NCBI GenBank assembly: GCA_900756715.1
Contig: CAAELC010000147.1
Coordinates: forward strand, 1 to 47,836
Length of the DNA stretch: 47,836 nucleotides
Source of the DNA: an uncultured Oscillospiraceae bacterium
Lineage (GTDB): Bacteria; Bacillota; Clostridia; Oscillospirales; Oscillospiraceae
Direction: 5' to 3'
The notes under the pieces are model-generated. The model was not told where the DNA came from. It did not search any database and saw only the letters and a list, made by a program, of their open reading frames with translations. Made by a program: the position numbers and the translations under genes. Positions 36,817 to 45,724 of this stretch are shown one piece after another (position 1 is the stretch's first letter; every line of letters begins with the position of its first letter).

Positions 36817-39102
36817 GTGAAGCATAGCAAAGAAAACGGAATTACGCTGACGGCTGCCGCCGCGCAGATACAGTGCCGGAAAGGAAGCCTTTGGCGCGCA
36901 AGCGTATGGCCGGGCGCGGTGTTTGCCCTGCTGTGGAGTGCGCTGCTGCTTTTGCCGGGGCAAAGCGGCTGGGTATGGCTGTCTTTGCCGGTGGGGCTGG
37001 CAGCCGTGGTGCTGCTTGAGACGGTCCGGCTGGAAATCGGGCCGAAAACAGGAAAGCACTGGCCGGCAGCTGCTGCCGTGGCAGCTGTGGCGGCAGCCGT
37101 ATGCCCGGGCGTGACGGGTGCGCTGTGCAACCGGGCGCTGACACTGTGGCAGCGGCTGGTTCCGCAAATTTATCCCCAGTTCCGACAGGGCGGAGCCGCA
37201 GCCTTGCCGGTGGGCGTGTGCGCGCTGGCGGTTTTGTGCGCGCTGGGGCTGTGCCGGGTGCTGGAAAGCAGGCGCACATGGCCCCTGTGGCTGCTGGCAG
37301 CCTTTCTGAGCGGCGTGACTCTGCCGGTGGGCGCGTTAAACAGTACGGCAGGCGCGCTTTTGTGGCTGGCAGGCGTTTTGCTGCTGGTATACCGGGGGGC
37401 GTTGGCCCGCGGGGCGCTGGCAGCGGAGCATGTGTTTTCCTGCGGACCGGTACAGGTGCTGTGCGCGGCGCTGTCCATTGCGGTTGCCGCCGGCGTGGTG
37501 CTGGCTACAGGGCTTGCCGCGCGGCAGGAGCCCACGGCGGCCGGACTGCATGAGAATATCAGCAGGACGGTATCCCGGCTGCGCTACGGAGAAGGCAGCG
37601 GATTGCCGGAAGGCGATCTGACCCGGTGGACGGCGCTGAGGCTGTCGGACAAACCGGCGCTGAAGGTGACGATGGAGTATCCGCAGGCGTACTACCTGCG
37701 GGGGTATGTGGGGGATAGCTATCAGGATGGGAAATGGCAATCCGTGGCGGCGGAAGAACTGTGCAAAGAGGACGACCTGTTTTACTGGCTGCATCAGGAG
37801 AATTTTTACGGGCAGACACAGCTGGCCCGGGCGGCGCTGGAGACAGACCCATCCGCACAGACACAGCGGATGGAGGTGCAGGTTTTTCAGGCCAGCCGGA
37901 AATATCTGTATTTCCCCTATGAGTTAAATGACCGGGGGCTGCTGCCTGCCCGGCAGATCGGTGATGGCAGCGTGCGGGCCGGAGGACTGCAGGGTGAAAC
38001 GGAGTATGGCTTTGAGGTGCTGGCGCCGCAGGTGACAAATGCGGATGCCATTGCCGGGACTCTCTTGCAGGAAAGCGCGTATTTGCAGCTGGAGGGATAC
38101 TACAACCAGTCCGTTTACACCACGGAGCTGGATATACCGGGCCTGCTGCGGCAAACGATGGAAGAAATTTTCGGTCAGGTGGAAATTCCGCAGGGCCAGC
38201 GCCACGCAGAGTATGCGCAGGCGCAGCAGAAGATTCTGACTTTCCTGACCGGCTCGTGTACCTACAGTGAGGAGGCCCAGATTCCAGAGAGTGATCCGCT
38301 GGTGTGGTTTCTGAAAACCGGGCGCACCGGCTACAGCGTGCAGATGGCCTCGGCGGCGGCCATGGCCTTTCGGTATTTCGGCATTCCGGCCCGATATGTG
38401 GAAGGATATCTTTTAACGCCGGAGGACGCGGCATCTGCCACGGCGGGCGGCAGCGTTACGCTGGACGGCACCCATGCCCATGCGTGGGTGGAATACTATC
38501 GGGACGGCGTGGGCTGGATTCCCTTTGAGGTGACGCAGCCGTATCTGACCGTTATGCCTGCCGCCCAGCCCTATCAGCAATCCGGAAGCCCTAGCGAGAC
38601 GGACCTGCTTGAAAATCAGGACACCGATGAAACAGGCACGGAGGAGGACCCCCAGCAGAGCAGCACCGACCCGCTGGTGAAGGTGCTGACAGCCATTTTA
38701 TGCGGGCTGCTTGCGCTGCTGGCGCTGTTTGGCCTGTGGGTGCTGCTGGGCCGGATGCGGGCCAGACACCGGTTGGCGGGGGTTGCCGCAAAGGAACCGG
38801 CAGAGGCGATAGACGCGGTATTCCGGCACATGATGCGCGCGCTGTTCCTGCTGGGCCTTTCCCGGGAAAACTGCCCGGTGGAGCAGTACCGGGTGCAGCT
38901 GGAGCAGCTGTTGGGAAAGGACCTGACAGACCGGTTTTATCAGGCTGCACAGGTGCGGCGGGAAGCACTGTTCAGCGGCTGCCCCGCCACAGAGGCGCAG
39001 CGCCGGGAGGTGCTGAGTATCTGGAATGCAATTTTTGAGTACCTGATGAAAAATTCCACGGGAAGGGACCGTTTTACATATAAATATCTCTACTTTATGT
39101 AG
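36817..39102 (+). CDS. Multi-pass membrane transglutaminase-like protein (catalytic Cys replaced by Ser)
   Basis: YYLRGYVG..Y....W, GYSVQMASA, GIPARYVEGY, HAWVEYY..GVGWIPFEVT; GTG start after GGAGG. Confidence 0.87.
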   Translation: MKHSKENGITLTAAAAQIQCRKGSLWRASVWPGAVFALLWSALLLLPGQSGWVWLSLPVGLAAVVLLETVRLEIGPKTGKHWPAAAAVAAVAAAVCPGVTGALCNRALTLWQRLVPQIYPQFRQGGAAALPVGVCALAVLCALGLCRVLESRRTWPLWLLAAFLSGVTLPVGALNSTAGALLWLAGVLLLVYRGALARGALAAEHVFSCGPVQVLCAALSIAVAAGVVLATGLAARQEPTAAGLHENISRTVSRLRYGEGSGLPEGDLTRWTALRLSDKPALKVTMEYPQAYYLRGYVGDSYQDGKWQSVAAEELCKEDDLFYWLHQENFYGQTQLARAALETDPSAQTQRMEVQVFQASRKYLYFPYELNDRGLLPARQIGDGSVRAGGLQGETEYGFEVLAPQVTNADAIAGTLLQESAYLQLEGYYNQSVYTTELDIPGLLRQTMEEIFGQVEIPQGQRHAEYAQAQQKILTFLTGSCTYSEEAQIPESDPLVWFLKTGRTGYSVQMASAAAMAFRYFGIPARYVEGYLLTPEDAASATAGGSVTLDGTHAHAWVEYYRDGVGWIPFEVTQPYLTVMPAAQPYQQSGSPSETDLLENQDTDETGTEEDPQQSSTDPLVKVLTAILCGLLALLALFGLWVLLGRMRARHRLAGVAAKEPAEAIDAVFRHMMRALFLLGLSRENCPVEQYRVQLEQLLGKDLTDRFYQAAQVRREALFSGCPATEAQRREVLSIWNAIFEYLMKNSTGRDRFTYKYLYFM

Positions 39103-39119
39103 GGCGAAAGGAGAATTAT

Positions 39120-42100
39120 ATGAAGAAAAGAGGAATGGCGGCGCTGCTGGCGCTGGTGATGCTGCTGTCCTGCCTGCCCGGGATTGCGTGGGCGCAGGAG
39201 GATACAGGCGGCGCCGGGACGCTGCCAAGTGAGGAAGAAGCCGTGTACATCCGTTCGGCAGAGGACTGGACGGCGTATGCGAAGGCTCACGAGGCTGGCA
39301 CGGCGACAAAAACCACGCTGGTGCTGGCAGAGGATATTGATTTGGGAGAGCTTTCCGTGTTTTTGGGCTCTACCAGCAAAAAAGTCTTCACCGGCACAAT
39401 TTACGGAAACGGCCATAAAATCAGCTATACTGCAAATGCAGACTCCGATGCGGCGGCGCTGATCCTGTATGCAAAGGATGTGACGATTTCCGGATTGCAG
39501 GTGGATGCGAAGATCACGGCCACCAGCGGAGATTCTACGGTGCGCAGCGGCCTGATCGGAACAGTTGCAAGCTCCAGCAAGGCAAAAATGACAGACTGCA
39601 CGGTAAATCTGACCCTTACTGCCACATCCGGCCAGTGCGGTGCCTTTGTAGGCTTGGCAGACAGCGGGTCTACCCTGACTATGACCAACTGCAAGGCCAC
39701 CGGCAGCATGACCTTTGGAGCACTGAGTTCCAGCGGTGCCGGCGGTCTGGTGGGCAAGTGCAGCGCAGCGAAGATGGAAAACTGCACCAATGAGGTGAGC
39801 ATTGTACTGGACAGCACCAAGGGGAAGAATATTGGCGGCCTCATCGGAGCATCCAGCGGCAATCTGGACTTGACCGGCTGCGTTAATAACGGGGCCATTA
39901 CCAACAAGCGCACCAGCAGCGCCAGTTCTGCCGGAGCTGTAGGAGGTCTGGTGGGTGGATGCACCCGCTACAGCAAGAAGATCAGTGTGGTAAATTGCGC
40001 TAACTATGCTGGTATTCAGAGCCCCAGCACGACTTCCGGGTGCATAGGTGGTTTGTTGGGCTATATGAGCGGTGCATCCTCCGGGGAAATGACCATAAAG
40101 GGCTGTGCCAACCACGGCGCGGTATCCGGTCTGTATGGGAGAATGAAAACCGACGGTGTCGGCGGCCTTGTGGGTTACAGCGCTATGCCGACAACGGTGG
40201 AAGATTCCTACAATATGGCCAAGGTTACGGCAGCAAGAGATGGCGGTGGCGGCATCGCATATAAGTTCAATAAGAAGACTACCCTAACCCGTGTTTATAA
40301 CAGTGGAACTCTGGACAGCAAGTCCAACAGCAGCTTTTTTTCCGAGGGTACTTCTGTAAAGGCTGCAGACTGCTTTTCCCTGCAGGGGGTTGCTAATTAT
40401 ATCGGAACCTCCAACACATTAAGCGGCGTTACGAAGGTGAGCGCCGCAGAACTGAATGAGGAAAGCACCCTGACCAAGCTGGGCGATGCCTTTCAGGCCG
40501 GTCCGGATGGGTATCCCATTCTCAAGTGGGAGGCATCCGGCGGCGATGATATTGAGGCGGAACGCACGAAGGCCATCGAACAGCTGGAAAATACATACAC
40601 GGGGGCTTCCTACTACGCACCCCAGTGGCAGAAAGTGTCCGCTGCCCTTGAGCAGGCAAAGCAGGAACTGAGCGCGGCCGATTCAGCCGCGACAATTGTC
40701 AGCGTGGTGAACAAATGGGAGGAAGCTCTGAAACAGTTCCCCACCAAAGCGCAGGTGGACAGCAATCTGCAGCAGGAAAAGACCGCTGTAAAAGCCCGGC
40801 TGGAGAGCTATGTCGTGCCGGAAGATTACTCCGAAGCCGTGCAGAAGGCATTGTTGGAGAAGCGGCAGGACATCAACACCGCGGTCAATGCCGGTAAGTC
40901 CGCCGTGGACGCAGTAACGGCAGAGGCGTTTGCCGCAGACGACCAGGCGGTGACCGGTGCGGCAGAGAGCGCCTTCCGGACGCTGGATGGCATAATCACC
41001 GCCTGCGGCGCATGGGACGGCAAGAGCACGCAGGAGCCGACTGTGAAGGACGGCGTATATCAGATTGAAAGCGCCGCCCAGCTTGTCTGGTTTGCGCGGC
41101 ATACAGACGAGGACAGCCGGGCTTGCGCTCTGCTTTTGGCGGACATTGATCTGGGCCAGCACGACTGGCTGCCTATGGGCAGCGAGGAGGCCCCCTATGC
41201 GGGTACCTTTGACGGAAACGGCAAGACTATTTCCGGGCTTGCAAACAGCCTGTTTTATGCGGCGGGCAGCGGCAGTGCAGCAGCCTGTATCCGGGATCTG
41301 ACGATTTCCGGCCTTCAGGAAACCAATTGGCCGGAGCATGGCGCTCTGGTGCGGTATACCCGCAACGCGGTGATTGAGAACTGCACCTCAGCCTGCCGGA
41401 TCGTGAAGCGCTATAAGGAATACACCGGCCTGCACGGAGGCATTGTGGGCAAGGCGGAGGACGGAACCCTGCTTATTGGCTGCGAATTTACCGGCAGCAT
41501 CACCAACGGCGGCTACCGCGCCGGCGGCATTGCGGGCGTGGTGAGCGGCCCCACCAGCCAGATAGCCTATTGCCGCAGCACCGGGACGGTGGCCGGGGCC
41601 TATTATGTGGGCGGCATTGTGGGCCGGGTGGATGCCGGTGCGCAGGTGCACCACTGTGACAACAGCGGCGCGGTATCGGTGAATATGTCCTATGTGGGCG
41701 GCATTGCCGGATGGATAAACGGACGGTACGGGACGGACGATGCATCCATCAATCCGGCCATTGAAAACTGCACCAACAGCGGCAGCGTGCAAATTGCCGG
41801 CAGCGGAAGCGGCTATGCCGGCGGCATTGTGGGCCTGCTGGGGTATGATACCACCTCCGGCAACTACAAGACGGCGGGCATTCCCACCGTAAGCGGATGC
41901 TACAGCAGCGGCACGGTCAGCAGCGAGAGCGGCAAGGCCAGAACCGGCGGTATCGTGGGCTGCTTCTCACAAGGATTGCTGGAAAATGTGTATATGCTGC
42001 GTGGTTCGGCCGCAGGCGTGATTGCAGAGCTGACTACCAACGCAACGGCGGCCCAGACCGCCGGTGACTGCCTGATCCTGCGGGAAAAAGAACTGAATAT

Positions 42101-45100
42101 GGACAGTCACCGCCTGTGGATGACGGAAGCGACGGAAGAAAAAGCCGCCTGCATACAGGCGCTGTGGAGCGACTGGCAGGGCGACGATCAGCTGACGGCC
42201 TACGGAACGGAGCAGTATGCCCTGCTGCGGGAAATCTTCAACCGCTTCATGGCACAGATCTCGGACGCGGATGGCGCTGAGTCCATAACGCTGCTGGATC
42301 AGCAGGCCCGGGCGGAGCTGGCGGGAGTGAAGACCGCGCTGGCACAGGCCAGAGAGAACGCGCTGGTTCAGCTGCGCCGGCAGATTGATGCCAGACTCCT
42401 GACCGAAGAAAGCCGCCAGCAGGCGGAAAGCCTGTATACGCAGGCGCAGGCAGCGATTGCCGCAGCGAAGGATGAAACTGCCGTGTCGCTTGCACAGCAG
42501 GAATACAGCCAGAAGATCGGGGCCCTGCAGAGCTACACCGATCTGGCGTTGCTGGAACTGGAAAACCAGCACAATGCGCTGCTGAATGAGGGTGCCTACA
42601 CAGCGGAAAACCGGGAGAAGCTTGAGAACATCTGCCAGGCGGCCTGCACCGCCGTGCGCAAGGCGGAGACTGCCGAGGCGGTGGATGAGCTGGTGCTGAC
42701 GGCCACGGCAGATATGAAGGCGGTGGAAAAGAAGGCCCAGCCGGAAAATGATGCGCTGCCGTCCGGCAGCGGCCTGTCTGCCGAGACGCAGACGGCTTAT
42801 GACGCGCTGAAAAATCAGTATCACTGGCAGGATTACCGGGAGGAGCAGTGGCAGCAGGTACAGAATGTGTTTTCCGCCCTGCTGTCTGCCCTGACCGGCG
42901 GGGCAGATGTGGAGGAAAGCATTGCCGCAGCCCGGCAGGCGCTGGAGGAAATTCCCACGGATGCCCAGCTGTATCAGCAGGAGAAGGACGATGCTGCCAA
43001 GGCGCTGGAGGCTGTCCGGCAGAGCGCGTTCAGCCAGCTGGATGCCCGGGTGGAGGACGCTGTGAAAAAGCCGCTGGCCCCGGCCTATCTGGAGCAGGTG
43101 CGCCAGCGCGTAAAGCAGGCCAAAGCCGATATAACCAAGGCAGAAGCCGGTGTGGATCAGCTTCTGGCAGAGGCTATGACCGATATTGACGGGATTTTCG
43201 CCGCAGCGGCGGCCTGCGCATGGAACGGCGCAGAGGTGACAGAACCGGCAGAGACGGATGGCGTGTATCAGATTGGCACGGCGGCGGAGCTTGCGTGGCT
43301 GTCCCGGGAGGTGTCCGGCGGCAACGGCGGCGTGAAAGCCGTTTTGACGGCGGATATTGATCTGGGCGGCTATCCGTGGACGCCCATAGGCTCTGGTGCG
43401 GTGCCCTTTGCAGGCAGCTTTGACGGCGCAGGCCACACGGTTTGCGGGCTCTCTGTTGATGCGGAGGAGTATCTGGGCCTGCTGGGCTATGTGCAGGGCG
43501 GCGAAGTCAAAAATGTGACGGTACAGGGCGACATGCAGCACACCGGAAATGCATCCTATGTAGGCGGCATTGCCGGACGCGTGGAAAGCGGCACAATTCT
43601 GGGCTGCATAGCGGATGTGAGCATGACCATGCAGGGCGGCGCCGGTGGCACGGTGCAGTATGTGGGCGGCATTGCAGGTTTTGTAAATGACACCACTGTG
43701 CGGCAGTGCGCCAATCGCGGCGATATTGCGGCGGACGGCGCGTATGTGGGCGGCATTGCAGGCTATGCCGGGTATAAAAATGTCCGCATCGAAAGCTGCG
43801 CCAACCACGGAGATGTTGCCGCCATCAACGACAGCGCCGACTATCTGGGCGGCATTCTGGGCGGTGCAAACGGAGGCACGAACATCTCGTATAAAATTGA
43901 GGTGACCGGCTGCTATAACACCGGCGCCGTAACCGGCGCAGCCGGAAAGCGCACCGGTGGTATTCTGGGCGGCGAGGCAAACGACACCATGGCTGCCGAG
44001 ACACTGGTGGTGTCCTGCTGCTACAATGCAGGCCCCGTGCAGGGGAATACCTATGCGGGCATGCTGGCAGGCTATAGCCGTCGGGGTACATACGCCACCG
44101 GCCTTTACGCGGTGAAAACCGGTGCGGCAGACTGGGCCATGGGTTATCCCAATCTGGGCGGCTACAGTGTGGCTGTTGTTGCCGACGGAGAAATGCGGCA
44201 AAGCGAGGAAATTCTGGCGCAGCTCAACGGACAGAACGCCGGCTTTGCGGCGGGGCTTGCACCAGTGAACGACGGCTATCCCTTCCTGTCCTTTGAGCTG
44301 CTGGATGGCACATGGCGTGAACAGCTGTGCCGGTCTGTGGAGAGTATTCTCAAGCGGGACGACTTCACACAGGAACAGTGGAAGCAGGTGCAGGCCACCA
44401 CAGACCGGGCGTGCAGCGCCATACTGGATGCGGAAACGACAGAGGCAATTCGCAGCGTATATCTGGATGCGGTTCAGGAGCTGGAGGCGGTGCTGCCCAA
44501 TCTGCGCCAGAGCGCCAGAAAGGAACTGGCCGCAGCAGCGGAACAATATCCTGAAAGCATCCGGGCGGAAGTGACCGGCCTGCTGGCCGATGCCAACGAA
44601 GCCATCTCCGCCGCCGAAAACGGCTGCGCCGTTGCAGAAGCAGCCGACCGCTTCTATGCCGCCGTGGCTGACGCGGCGATTGCAGCCATCGGAACGGTAA
44701 CAAAGGACAGCAAGGCGGCTATCACGGCGGCGAGAACGCTTTATGACGGGCTGACCGATGCGCAGCAGACGCTCTGCGCCCGGTACTTCGATCTGCTGGC
44801 AGCGGAACTGGCTTATGATAAGATTGTAAACACTCCATCCCAGCCGTCCCAGCCCAGCCAGCCCACGCAGGCAGATACGGCGGCGGACAGCAAATCCGGC
44901 CGGAACGGCGAGACAGCTTCTGCGGCAGCAGACAACGGTGCGGACCGGCAGGCTGCAAGTGCTGTGGAAAAGCTGATTGATGCCATTGGAACGGTGACAG
45001 CTGACCGGCAGGATGCGGTGGCGCAGGCCCAGAAAGCATACGACGCCCTGACTGACGAGCAAAAAGCGCTGGTGAAAAACTATAGCGTGCTGGAAAATGC

Positions 45101-45305
45101 CCAGAAGATTCTATCTGAGCTGAACCGTCAGGTGCAGCAGCCTGACCAGCCGGAAGATACCCGACAGGATGTGGCTGCACCGCTTGAAACCGCAGCGGGT
45201 ACCTCTCATACGGGCTTGATTGCGGCAATTTGTGTGGCAGCTGCGCTGGTAATTGGCGGCGTAATCTGGATGGTGCTGTCCGGCAAAAAACGGAAGGAAA
45301 AGTAA
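39120..45305 (+). CDS. 2061-aa secreted surface protein with three GLUG-type repeat modules, helical spacers and a C-terminal membrane anchor
   Basis: Signal peptide (MKKR...AWA), many VGGIAG / N.G.V repeats, three ADIDL...F.G..GNG.T headers, C-terminal TM + KKRKEK. Confidence 0.85.
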   Translation: MKKRGMAALLALVMLLSCLPGIAWAQEDTGGAGTLPSEEEAVYIRSAEDWTAYAKAHEAGTATKTTLVLAEDIDLGELSVFLGSTSKKVFTGTIYGNGHKISYTANADSDAAALILYAKDVTISGLQVDAKITATSGDSTVRSGLIGTVASSSKAKMTDCTVNLTLTATSGQCGAFVGLADSGSTLTMTNCKATGSMTFGALSSSGAGGLVGKCSAAKMENCTNEVSIVLDSTKGKNIGGLIGASSGNLDLTGCVNNGAITNKRTSSASSAGAVGGLVGGCTRYSKKISVVNCANYAGIQSPSTTSGCIGGLLGYMSGASSGEMTIKGCANHGAVSGLYGRMKTDGVGGLVGYSAMPTTVEDSYNMAKVTAARDGGGGIAYKFNKKTTLTRVYNSGTLDSKSNSSFFSEGTSVKAADCFSLQGVANYIGTSNTLSGVTKVSAAELNEESTLTKLGDAFQAGPDGYPILKWEASGGDDIEAERTKAIEQLENTYTGASYYAPQWQKVSAALEQAKQELSAADSAATIVSVVNKWEEALKQFPTKAQVDSNLQQEKTAVKARLESYVVPEDYSEAVQKALLEKRQDINTAVNAGKSAVDAVTAEAFAADDQAVTGAAESAFRTLDGIITACGAWDGKSTQEPTVKDGVYQIESAAQLVWFARHTDEDSRACALLLADIDLGQHDWLPMGSEEAPYAGTFDGNGKTISGLANSLFYAAGSGSAAACIRDLTISGLQETNWPEHGALVRYTRNAVIENCTSACRIVKRYKEYTGLHGGIVGKAEDGTLLIGCEFTGSITNGGYRAGGIAGVVSGPTSQIAYCRSTGTVAGAYYVGGIVGRVDAGAQVHHCDNSGAVSVNMSYVGGIAGWINGRYGTDDASINPAIENCTNSGSVQIAGSGSGYAGGIVGLLGYDTTSGNYKTAGIPTVSGCYSSGTVSSESGKARTGGIVGCFSQGLLENVYMLRGSAAGVIAELTTNATAAQTAGDCLILREKELNMDSHRLWMTEATEEKAACIQALWSDWQGDDQLTAYGTEQYALLREIFNRFMAQISDADGAESITLLDQQARAELAGVKTALAQARENALVQLRRQIDARLLTEESRQQAESLYTQAQAAIAAAKDETAVSLAQQEYSQKIGALQSYTDLALLELENQHNALLNEGAYTAENREKLENICQAACTAVRKAETAEAVDELVLTATADMKAVEKKAQPENDALPSGSGLSAETQTAYDALKNQYHWQDYREEQWQQVQNVFSALLSALTGGADVEESIAAARQALEEIPTDAQLYQQEKDDAAKALEAVRQSAFSQLDARVEDAVKKPLAPAYLEQVRQRVKQAKADITKAEAGVDQLLAEAMTDIDGIFAAAAACAWNGAEVTEPAETDGVYQIGTAAELAWLSREVSGGNGGVKAVLTADIDLGGYPWTPIGSGAVPFAGSFDGAGHTVCGLSVDAEEYLGLLGYVQGGEVKNVTVQGDMQHTGNASYVGGIAGRVESGTILGCIADVSMTMQGGAGGTVQYVGGIAGFVNDTTVRQCANRGDIAADGAYVGGIAGYAGYKNVRIESCANHGDVAAINDSADYLGGILGGANGGTNISYKIEVTGCYNTGAVTGAAGKRTGGILGGEANDTMAAETLVVSCCYNAGPVQGNTYAGMLAGYSRRGTYATGLYAVKTGAADWAMGYPNLGGYSVAVVADGEMRQSEEILAQLNGQNAGFAAGLAPVNDGYPFLSFELLDGTWREQLCRSVESILKRDDFTQEQWKQVQATTDRACSAILDAETTEAIRSVYLDAVQELEAVLPNLRQSARKELAAAAEQYPESIRAEVTGLLADANEAISAAENGCAVAEAADRFYAAVADAAIAAIGTVTKDSKAAITAARTLYDGLTDAQQTLCARYFDLLAAELAYDKIVNTPSQPSQPSQPTQADTAADSKSGRNGETASAAADNGADRQAASAVEKLIDAIGTVTADRQDAVAQAQKAYDALTDEQKALVKNYSVLENAQKILSELNRQVQQPDQPEDTRQDVAAPLETAAGTSHTGLIAAICVAAALVIGGVIWMVLSGKKRKEK

Positions 45306-45364
45306 GAGCTCCGTGCCTGAAGAAATTTTGCCGATAGGGCGATGACACGAAGGGACGGATAACG

Positions 45365-45408
45365 AAAAAAGCATCCGGGCGGCAGAAATGCCGCTCGGAT
45401 GCTTTTTT
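45365..45408. terminator. Bidirectional intrinsic terminator ending the B12 operon
   Basis: AAAAAAGCATCCGGGCGGCA / TGCCGCTCGGATGCTTTTTT. Confidence 0.88.
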
Positions 45409-45508
45409 ACAGTCGCACTTTATTTTTCATGAGCGAATAATCGTATTTGGCCGAACGCTGTGACACGCCCGGGTGTTCGGATAAGGTACAATCGTCCGTC
45501 CAAATGAC

Positions 45509-45543
45509 GAAAGCCCCGAAACCTTAGTGGTTTCAGGGCTTTT
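45509..45543 (-). terminator. Hairpin/terminator downstream of tRNA-Val
   Basis: AAAGCCCTGAAACC-actaa-GGTTTCGGGGCTTT on minus strand. Confidence 0.65.
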
Positions 45544-45548
45544 GAGGA

Positions 45549-45624
45549 TGGTGCGCGGTACAGGACTCGAACCTGTGACCCCATGCACGTCAAGCATGTG
45601 CTCTACCAGCTGAGCTAACCGCGC
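45549..45624 (-). tRNA. tRNA-Val (anticodon GAC)
   Basis: 76 nt GCGCGGTTAGCTCAGCTGGTAGAGC...CATGC-TTGACGT-GCATG...GGTTCGAGTCC...ACCGCGCACCA with encoded CCA. Confidence 0.97.
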
Positions 45625-45637
45625 AGACAACGGTAAT

Positions 45638-45703
45638 ATAATAGCGCACAGTAGGGATTTTGTCAAGAGATTTCTTGCCACAGGCGTATTTTTTTGCTAT
45701 ACT
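45638..45703. promoter_or_regulatory. Divergent promoters (tRNA-Val / SDR)
   Basis: Minus TTGACA-17-TATTAT (45666-45638); plus TTGCCA-17-TATACT (45675-45703). Confidence 0.7.
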
Positions 45704-45724
45704 GACCCCAAAAGGAGTGGTTTC

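Noticed and set aside
44836..44865. CCCAGCCGT/CCCAGCCCA-type short tandem repeat
   Set aside because: Encodes a PSQPSQPSQP linker; not a CRISPR or contingency locus
41967..45062. 1031-aa minus-strand ORF
   Set aside because: Antisense shadow of the giant surface gene; no motifs; expected from GC-rich codon bias
45427..45681. 84-aa minus-strand ORF
   Set aside because: Overlaps tRNA-Val and its promoter
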